Source: Kofleriaceae bacterium
GTDB taxonomy: Bacteria > Myxococcota_A > Polyangia > Haliangiales > Haliangiaceae
Reading direction: 5' to 3'
Length of the DNA stretch: 28,326 nt
NCBI GenBank assembly: GCA_046597055.1
Contig: JBKJLC010000164.1
Location: forward strand, 1 to 28,326
Made by a program: the position numbers and the translations under genes. The notes beneath the pieces are model-generated. The model was given only the letters and a program-made list of their open reading frames with translations. It made no database searches and was not told the origin of the DNA. Shown here piece after piece: positions 7,722 to 14,348 of the stretch. Position 1 is the first letter of the stretch. Every line of letters begins with the position of its first letter.

Positions 7722-8840
7722 ATGGACCACATGGACGAGCCCGTGGCGGCCCCGGCGGTCCTGCTGGTCGAGAGCAACCCGGCCAACCTCCGCGCGCTGC
7801 GCGCCGTGGTCGACACGCTGGGCCGGCCGGTGATCGAGGCGACCTCGGGGCCGGCGGCGCTCGCGCTCCTCGACCAGCACGAGGTGACGCTGATCGTGAT
7901 GGCCGTGCAGACCCCCGGGCTCGACGGCTTCGCGACCGTCGCGATGATCCGCGCCGATAAGCGGCGGAGTCACATCCCGATCGTGTTCTTCGCCGCCGTT
8001 CACGATGACCCGGCGGCGGTGGCGCGCGGCTACACGCTGGGCGCGGTCGACTACGTCACCATGCCGTTCGACGCGGAGGTCGTGCGCGCCAAGCTTCGCG
8101 CGCTGGTCGGCTGGTACGAGCAGGGTGAACAGCGGCGCCTGGAAGCCGAGGCGCTCGCGTTCGAGCGAGCGGTGCACGCCGAGCGAGAACGGATCCTCGG
8201 GCTGGTCGCCCACGACCTGCGGAGCCCGCTGGCGGTGATCCAGACCGGCGTCGACTACCTGCACGCGCGCGGTGGGCTACGGGTCGACCAGGAGAAGATC
8301 GTCGGCCGCATCCAGCGCAACGCCGCGCGGATGGGGCGCCTGGTCAGCGACCTGCTCGACTTCACCCGGCTGCAGAACGGCCCGCTGATCATCCGGCCCC
8401 GGCCCGCGAGCCTGGCGACCATCGTCTCGGAGGCGGTCGAGGATCTCCAGTTGCTGACCTCGCGCGCGATCGGGCTGTCGGTCCACACGCCGGGCGGCAC
8501 CAGCTGCGACGAGGATCGGGTCACCCAGGCGATCTCGAACCTGGTGCTCAACTCCGTGCAGCACACCCCGGCCGACGCCCGCGTGCAGGTGGAGCTCCGC
8601 GCCGATGGGGACGCGTTCGAGGTCAGCATCTGGAACGATGGCGAGCTCAGCTCGGAGGACGCGGCGACCCTGTTTCAGCCGTTCCGCAAGGGCACCAGCA
8701 GCGTCGGCATGGGCCTCGGCCTCTACATCTCGCAGCAGATCGCGCGCGCCCACGGCGGCGATCTGTCGATGCGCTCCTCGGCGGCGAGCGGCACGACGTT
8801 CACGCTGCGGCTGCCGGCCGCGGCGCCCGCCACGGATTGA
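7722..8840 (+). CDS. Pseudo-receiver-histidine kinase (372 aa)
   Basis: REC fold with degenerate catalytic residues (VESN, IVMAVQTP, FFAA, YVTMP); HisKA VAHDLRSPL; HATPase SNLVLNSVQH, LFQPF, GMGLGL; ATG 2 nt after the upstream stop. Confidence 0.9.
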   Translation: MDHMDEPVAAPAVLLVESNPANLRALRAVVDTLGRPVIEATSGPAALALLDQHEVTLIVMAVQTPGLDGFATVAMIRADKRRSHIPIVFFAAVHDDPAAVARGYTLGAVDYVTMPFDAEVVRAKLRALVGWYEQGEQRRLEAEALAFERAVHAERERILGLVAHDLRSPLAVIQTGVDYLHARGGLRVDQEKIVGRIQRNAARMGRLVSDLLDFTRLQNGPLIIRPRPASLATIVSEAVEDLQLLTSRAIGLSVHTPGGTSCDEDRVTQAISNLVLNSVQHTPADARVQVELRADGDAFEVSIWNDGELSSEDAATLFQPFRKGTSSVGMGLGLYISQQIARAHGGDLSMRSSAASGTTFTLRLPAAAPATD

Positions 8841-8946
8841 TCCGGACGGCATGCTCGCGCGAGGGCGCCGCCGGCGCGCTCGCCGAGGCTGAGCCGCGGT
8901 CGCCGCCACGACCCCGGTTGCCAGCCACCGCCGGACCCGATCGCGG

Positions 8947-8952
8947 TACCCT
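8947..8952 (+). promoter_or_regulatory. -10 element (TACCCT) of a putative leaderless transcript
   Basis: TAnnnT 7 nt upstream of GTG 8960. Confidence 0.4.
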
Positions 8953-8959
8953 CGGCGAC

Positions 8960-9685
8960 GTGCCCCCGACGACGACCTGGTCGAGCCGCCTGCTGATCCT
9001 GTCCGGCCTGCTCGGTGCCGGGTGCGGCGGCGCGGCCGACGACACCGACGCGCGGTCGACCGCGCTCGCGCCGACCCAGCCCGACACCTACTACATCGGT
9101 CAGGCCCACCGCTACTTCGACGCCCTGGACGAGAGCGCGCCGCTCGCCAGCGTGCCGACCTACGCGCTGCGGGTCGCGCGCTGGGAATGGCCGCCGTGGC
9201 TCTACCTGACCGGGTTCGGCGCGGAGCAGATGGTCGCGATCGACGCCTCGGTGAAGTCGCTGACGCCGGCGACGATCCCGACCCGCGACTGCCGCGCGTT
9301 CGCGGTGCAGCCGTTCGCGCGCTGCCGGGTGACGTTCGTGTATGCGGACGGGCCCTGTCCCATCTACGAGGAGTTCACCTTCAACGATCAGGGCGAGATG
9401 ACGTTCGTCGAGGCGTGGTCGGACCTGCCCGGGCTGCTGCCGATGAGCGATGTCGCCGACACGTGGGCCGAGGGCGAGGGCGTGCATCGGCTGTCGACCC
9501 GGGTGCCGGGGCTTGGCAACGCGACCGGCCTGATCGACCTGACCTCCGAGGCGATGCGGCGCGCGGCCGACGGCGACCCGGAGATCGCGGACTTCCGGAT
9601 GCGCGCCGAGTACTTCTGGTCGTCGTGGACCGAGGCGTACCAGGCCGCCGGGCCGGATCTGTTCGCGCGTGGCTGCGGCTGGTAG
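8960..9685 (+). CDS. Hypothetical lipoprotein (241 aa), Trp/Cys-rich
   Basis: GTG start gives signal peptide ...RLLILSGLLGAGC; globular body with ARWEWPPWLYLTG, CRAF..PFARCRV..GPCPIYEEFTFN and terminal RGCGW; strong GC3 bias. Confidence 0.8.
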   Translation: MPPTTTWSSRLLILSGLLGAGCGGAADDTDARSTALAPTQPDTYYIGQAHRYFDALDESAPLASVPTYALRVARWEWPPWLYLTGFGAEQMVAIDASVKSLTPATIPTRDCRAFAVQPFARCRVTFVYADGPCPIYEEFTFNDQGEMTFVEAWSDLPGLLPMSDVADTWAEGEGVHRLSTRVPGLGNATGLIDLTSEAMRRAADGDPEIADFRMRAEYFWSSWTEAYQAAGPDLFARGCGW

Positions 9686-9841
9686 GCCCCGCGGGGAGGC
9701 GCGGCTCAGATCAGGTCACAGCGTGGCCTCTCGTTTCCTCAGTTTCCGTACATCGCGCATTCACGTGGCTGGTCGGCCGAGGACATGGAGGCCAATGTGC
9801 AGATCGGGAGTGGGAATTGCGCCCACGTGGGTCGGTCGGTG

Positions 9842-9847
9842 TAGCTT
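9842..9847 (+). promoter_or_regulatory. -10 element (TAGCTT) of a putative leaderless transcript
   Basis: TAnnnT 6 nt upstream of ATG 9854. Confidence 0.5.
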
Positions 9848-9853
9848 GGCGAG

Positions 9854-10018
9854 ATGACTATCGGAAAGCGCGCGATGCTCGTCATCCTGCTGATCGCGGC
9901 CGTGGGCCTCGCGGCGTGTGTCGTGCGCACGGCGCCGACGCACCGCCACCAGGGCGCCCACCCAGCGCAGAAGCAGAAGCCGCAGAAGCACAAGAAGCAC
10001 AAGAAGCACAAGAACTGA
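9854..10018 (+). CDS. Small His/Lys-rich lipoprotein, 54 aa (not in ORF track)
   Basis: Hand translation: MTIGKRAMLVILLIAAVGLAAC-VVRTAPTHRHQGAHPAQKQKPQKHKKHKKHKN*. Basic n-region, hydrophobic h-region, LAAC lipobox. Confidence 0.8.
   Translation: MTIGKRAMLVILLIAAVGLAACVVRTAPTHRHQGAHPAQKQKPQKHKKHKKHKN
9986..10012 (+). repeat. Tandem 9-bp repeat (AAGCACAAG)x3 encoding (KHK)3
   Basis: Exact copies at 9986-9994, 9995-10003 and 10004-10012. Confidence 0.9.
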
Positions 10019-10098
10019 GACAAGCGCGGATCCCAACCGGCGCGCCGCAAGGCGGCGGCGCCGGTCAGGTAGCTGCCGCGCTCGAGCCCCGGCCGCGG

Positions 10099-10581
10099 GC
10101 CGACGTCACGCTCACGGTGACCAGCCTCAACACCGCCGTCGCCACGATCGCGCCGGCCACCCTTACCTTCACACCGGGCAACCACGACACCACGCAGCCG
10201 GTGATCGTCACCGCGCCCGAGGACATCGACGACGACATGCAGCGCGTCGTGGTGTCGTCGATGACGACGTCCGTCAACGAGGGTGGCACCACGCAGGTCG
10301 GCGTCAGCCTCGGATTCGTGCCCACCGCCGACACCACGGTAAACATCGCCTCCGCCGACATGCTTGCGGCGACGGTGACACCGGCAACGCTCCCGTTCAC
10401 GACGGCCACCTACGCCACGCCGCAGAGCATCACGATCACCGGCCTGTCCGACGCCGACGCGATCGACGACACCACGACGATCAACGCGACGGCGACCGGC
10501 GCGACCGCGGCCGCGATCAGCGTGACCGTGCAGGACGACGATGCGCTCGGCATCGAGACGTCGGTGACCACGATCAAGCCC
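10099..10581 (+). pseudogene. Internal fragment of a Calx-beta/Ig-like repeat surface protein
   Basis: Two Thr/Val-rich repeats (ADVTLTV..PATLTFT..N..T.Q.V.VT / VNEGGT..V.VSL..P.AD..V..PATL.FT..Y.TPQ.ITIT..V.VQDDD); no own start or stop. Confidence 0.65.
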
Positions 10582-10725
10582 ACTCCACAGCGCCACACAC
10601 GCGTGTTCATCGGTATCCCTCCGGGACTCGCCTCGTCGCGTTTCCACCGCAGATGTCAAGCGCAGATACACATCCGGAGCGAGGCGATGGCTGCCCGTGG
10701 TGCGGACCGCATCCCGAGATGCCGG

Positions 10726-10734
10726 TGCTACGCT
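10726..10734 (+). promoter_or_regulatory. Extended -10 (TGcTACGCT) of a putative leaderless transcript
   Basis: TGn-TAnnnT ending 7 nt upstream of ATG 10742. Confidence 0.5.
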
Positions 10735-10741
10735 GCAGCCG

Positions 10742-11446
10742 ATGTCGCATCGGCGCGCGCATCGTCGCTCGTCACCTTCCTTCGAGGCCCGGCCGACGTT
10801 TGGGGAAGAGGTCGACCGCACCGGCCTCCTCGACTCCGTCGTGGTTGCCACGCGCGACACCATCGAACGGAGCAACGCCGCCTCGTCCGCCGCTGCGCGC
10901 GTCCACCTACGCGTCATCACCTGCGACGCGTGCACGGCGCCCAAGGCCTGCTGCGCCATGGTCACCGGTGCGTACCTGCACGAAGGCGCCGTGATCGCGG
11001 CCCGCCTGCTCGCAGACGGACGCGACACGCCGCGCTTGCGCGACACCCTCGCCGCCGCCGCCCACGACATGGAGACCGTGGACGAATCGGCCTATCACCG
11101 CCCATGCGCGTTCCTCGGTCCCGACGAGCGCTGCACCATCCACGACATCCGCCCCTCCGTCTGCGGCGTCCACCTCGTGACCTCACCCGCCGCATCCTGC
11201 GCCGACCGCTCCGCCATCTCCGCCGTCGCTGGCAACGCTCACCTCGAGCTCCCTCGCGCCACCGCCGAGCACGTCCGCGCCACCCTTGGCCTCCCTCACC
11301 TCGCCATCCCCTACCGCGGCGCCCTTCCTCGGATGGTCCTCCTGTGCCTCGAAGCCTGGCACCGCCGCGATCACGTCGCCTTTCTCACCGAGTCCCTCGT
11401 CCCCGCGCTCCACCGCTACCGCTGGGCGACGGGCGCTACCAGGTAG
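10742..11446 (+). CDS. YkgJ-family cysteine-cluster (CxxCxxCC) protein
   Basis: CDAC....ACC, then CAFL....CTIHDIRPSVC motif typical of YkgJ/UPF0153. Confidence 0.85.
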   Translation: MSHRRAHRRSSPSFEARPTFGEEVDRTGLLDSVVVATRDTIERSNAASSAAARVHLRVITCDACTAPKACCAMVTGAYLHEGAVIAARLLADGRDTPRLRDTLAAAAHDMETVDESAYHRPCAFLGPDERCTIHDIRPSVCGVHLVTSPAASCADRSAISAVAGNAHLELPRATAEHVRATLGLPHLAIPYRGALPRMVLLCLEAWHRRDHVAFLTESLVPALHRYRWATGATR

Positions 11447-11550
11447 GCGTCGGCGCCCGGAAGGCGACGGCGCTGATCGCCCGGCGGGTCGACAGCACCT
11501 CGGCCTGGGCCGCGATCTTGTGCGGGTGCCACTCGTCGTCGTCGTCGACA
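11436..11550 (-). pseudogene. Possible glycosyltransferase family 2 remnant
   Basis: DDDDEWHPHKIAAQ resembles the GT2 LDxDDxWxPxKLxxQ motif; flanks do not look coding. Confidence 0.3.
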
Positions 11551-11640
11551 CCACCGCCTCCGCCCGGATCGTGCGCCTGCGCCGGTCGCAGATCGGGGGG
11601 TAGCGGGTGCGAACGTCTCGTCGGAGCGCGCAACCCGTGC

Positions 11641-11964
11641 ATGGACGTGGCGTACGCCCCCGCCGTCGCGGGATCGACCTCGGTCCTCTCGATCGAGCTG
11701 GACGAGGGGGCCGGACGCCTGTGGTTCGCCGTCGGCGAGAACGACGATGGCGTCGAGCCGGCGAGCCGCGTCGATTCGACCGCCGGCTTTCTCAACACGA
11801 CGACGTGGCAGGACGGTGTCGTCTACACCGGTCTCGACCAGCTGCGGTCGAGCGAGTCACATGCGATTGACTCGCTGTCCTTCACCGGAATCGCCCGCGA
11901 TGCGCCGACCGGTCGCATCGGACTCGCAAGCCGAAGTGACGCGATCGTGCTCGTGCCCCGCTAG
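11641..11964 (+). pseudogene. Short ORF (107 aa), probable beta-propeller fragment
   Basis: VLSIELDEGAGRLWFA and FTGIARDAPTGRIGLAS look like propeller blades; too short for a full propeller and no RBS. Confidence 0.4.
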
Positions 11965-12458
11965 CGAAATCGGGCGTCGGGGCCGACATGGCACCGGCGC
12001 ACGGCTACCCGGGGGCGGCTCAGTTCGTGTCCGGCGTCGGGATGATGAAGGGCTACGGCGCCAGGTTCCACGACAACGCCACCCACCTACAGGATGTCGG
12101 CGGAGGCCCGCCGCCACAGCGCCAGCGTGTACACCGTCGCGACCTGCGCCATGCGCTTGCGGTGGCGCTTCTCACCCGTCGTCAGCCGCGTTTCGAGCCG
12201 ACGCGGCTTCGTCGCGGGGCTCGCAGAACGGGCTGTCGTTGGCGATCCTCTTGGCGTTCGTCGTGCTCATCGGGCCGGCGACGCTACCCGCGACCGATCG
12301 ATCCAGATAGATGCGACACGATCAAGCTGCGCGAATCGATGGCATCTCGCCAGCAGGTGCGGCTGCCCAGGGTGGTCAACCTCGCTGGCGGCGCTGCTTC
12401 GCTCGGTTCGCGGCTCGAGCCCCTGGCGGGGGCGCCCGGGCGCGTGCGCTCACGACCG

Positions 12459-12707
12459 GGCGGCGTCGAGGCGATCGAGTACCTGCGTGCCCATCCGCAG
12501 GAGCCGTCGGTGATGCTGCTCGACCTGATGCTGCCGCGGCTCGACGGCCAGGGCGTGCTCGAGACGATGGCGGCGGAGGGCATCACGGTGCCGGTGATCG
12601 TGGTCACCGCGTCGCGGAACCCGACGGTGCCGGCCGGCGTCCGCCTGCTGCAGAAGCCGATCGCGACGGTCGCGCTGGCAGCGGCGATCTGCGAGGTCTG
12701 CGGCTAA
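12459..12707 (+). pseudogene. N-terminally truncated response-regulator receiver
   Basis: GVEAIEYL...MLLDLMLPRLDG...VIVVTA...LQKP present, but beta1/acidic pocket and alpha1 are missing; upstream in-frame sequence is unrelated. Confidence 0.7.
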
Positions 12708-12800
12708 AGGCGCGACGGGTTGCGCACGAGCGTGTGCAGTGGCCCCTCGCGACCCTATGGCCGCCGTACCCGAACGGAGTGCGTCCGAGGGCTTGGCGCC

Positions 12801-12816
12801 TGGAACGAGGCTTGCT
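12801..12816 (+). promoter_or_regulatory. Putative sigma54 (-24/-12) promoter
   Basis: TGGAACGAGGCTTGCT versus TGGCACG-N4-TTGCW (one mismatch); ends 12 nt before ATG 12829. Confidence 0.7.
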
Positions 12817-12828
12817 CGGGCACCCTCC

Positions 12829-14145
12829 ATGCCCAACATCTCCGGAATCACTCTCGCCGCGTGTCTGGCGGCGGTCGGCTCCACGGCTTGTGACGTGGGA
12901 GAGGTCGACAACGGCAAGGCCGGCGATGGACTCGACGAAGGCGACCGGGAAGCCACTGGCGCCATCGCGTCGCAGGTCTGCGGTCGCGGCGCGACGACGC
13001 TCGGCATCGACGTGTCGTTCTATCAGGGCGCCTTCAACTGGACGACGGTCAAGGACGCCGGCGTCGAGTTCGCGTTCATCCGGGTGTCCGACGGGCTCGG
13101 CTACCGCGACAGTCAGTTCGCCCGCAGCTGGACCGAGGCCAAGCGGGCCGGCGTCATCCGTGGCGCGTACCAGTTCTTCCGGCCCGGCGAGAGCGCCATC
13201 GCCCAGGCCGACCTGCTGGTCGACGCGATGGGCACGCTCGCGCCAGGCGATCTGCCGCCGGTGATCGACGTCGAGGCCACCAGCGGCCTCGGGGCGGCCA
13301 CGGTCGCCGCCCGGGTCCAGACCTGGGTCGACCGGGTCCGCACCCGCACCGGCCGCACGCCCATCGTCTACACCGGCAAGTACTTCTGGCAGGACAGCGT
13401 CGGCAACTCGGCGGCCTTCAAGACCCTGCCCCTGTGGCTCGCGCAGTACACGTCGGCGGCATGCCCCAACCTGCCCGATGCCTGGTCGAGCTGGAAGTTC
13501 TGGCAGTACTCCGATCGCGGCTCGATCCGCGGCATCAGCGGTGGCGTCGACGTCAACCGCTTCAACGGCACGCTCCAGGACCTGCAGACGTTCATCGCCG
13601 CAAGCGGCGGCGGCCCGAACCCGTCGGTGGCGATCGAGGTCTACTGGGCGCGGGAGGCCGATGGCACCTACCAGCTCCGGGCGCTGGCACCCGCCGCGAT
13701 CGCCCGCGTCGACTACCTGGTGGACAACAACATCATCGGCGGCGCCAGCCGCGGCGCGGGCGGCAACTTTCCGGACAGCTACCGGTTCACCTCGGCTGGC
13801 ACGGGCCGGGCCTTCGAGATCCGCGGATTCGACGCCGCCAACCAGCAGATCGGCCTTGGCGTCGGCTCCATCGACGTGACCGACGGCACCGCCGTGTACA
13901 TCAAGCAGCTGGGCGCGGCGCTCTACGAGATCGGCCTCGAGCGCCCGCCGACGGGCCTCCAGGCCATCGAGGTCCGCGCCGATGGCATCCTCCTCACCGA
14001 CAGCGTCAGCGGGGTGACCCGGGTCAGCCGCAACGCCGTCCGCTCCCGTTTCAACACGCTGGGCTCGCGCCGGTTCGAGATCACCACCTACAACGCCAAC
14101 GGCACGGTGCGCGGCCGCCTCGACCGCACGTTCACGCTGCGCTGA
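12829..14145 (+). CDS. GH25 lysozyme (muramidase), probable lipoprotein, with two C-terminal beta-sandwich-like repeats
   Basis: GIDVSFYQG, GAYQFF, catalytic DVE, IVYT, LWLAQY, WQYS, VDVN; N-terminal signal peptide with Cys (LAAC/STAC). Confidence 0.92.
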   Translation: MPNISGITLAACLAAVGSTACDVGEVDNGKAGDGLDEGDREATGAIASQVCGRGATTLGIDVSFYQGAFNWTTVKDAGVEFAFIRVSDGLGYRDSQFARSWTEAKRAGVIRGAYQFFRPGESAIAQADLLVDAMGTLAPGDLPPVIDVEATSGLGAATVAARVQTWVDRVRTRTGRTPIVYTGKYFWQDSVGNSAAFKTLPLWLAQYTSAACPNLPDAWSSWKFWQYSDRGSIRGISGGVDVNRFNGTLQDLQTFIAASGGGPNPSVAIEVYWAREADGTYQLRALAPAAIARVDYLVDNNIIGGASRGAGGNFPDSYRFTSAGTGRAFEIRGFDAANQQIGLGVGSIDVTDGTAVYIKQLGAALYEIGLERPPTGLQAIEVRADGILLTDSVSGVTRVSRNAVRSRFNTLGSRRFEITTYNANGTVRGRLDRTFTLR

Positions 14146-14336
14146 CGCGCGCGCCGGCGATCACGCGGCCCGCTGACTGCGCTGCGCATTGCCTCCTTGC
14201 GCAACTCGATGAAGTCGGCACCCTGGGCGGTGCGGCCGGGAGCCGGCCCAGTGCGGCACCGGTTCGGCCGCTACCGCTCGAGAGCCCGGCCGACTGACTA
14301 GCTGATCCGGCGGCAGCTTGACGCGTGAGCTCGTAC

Positions 14337-14342
14337 TAGATT
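14337..14342 (+). promoter_or_regulatory. -10 element (TAGATT) of a putative leaderless transcript
   Basis: TAnnnT 6 nt upstream of ATG 14349. Confidence 0.5.
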
Positions 14343-14348
14343 GGCGCC

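Noticed and set aside
9022..11964. 980-aa ORF
   Set aside because: Chance read-through joining off-frame Arg/Pro-rich sequence with two real fragments (Calx-beta-like and propeller-like).
14318..14342. TTGACG as -35 partner for TAGATT (and TTGACC/TAGGAT upstream of argJ)
   Set aside because: Spacers of 13 and 12 nt are too short for a sigma70 -35/-10 pair.
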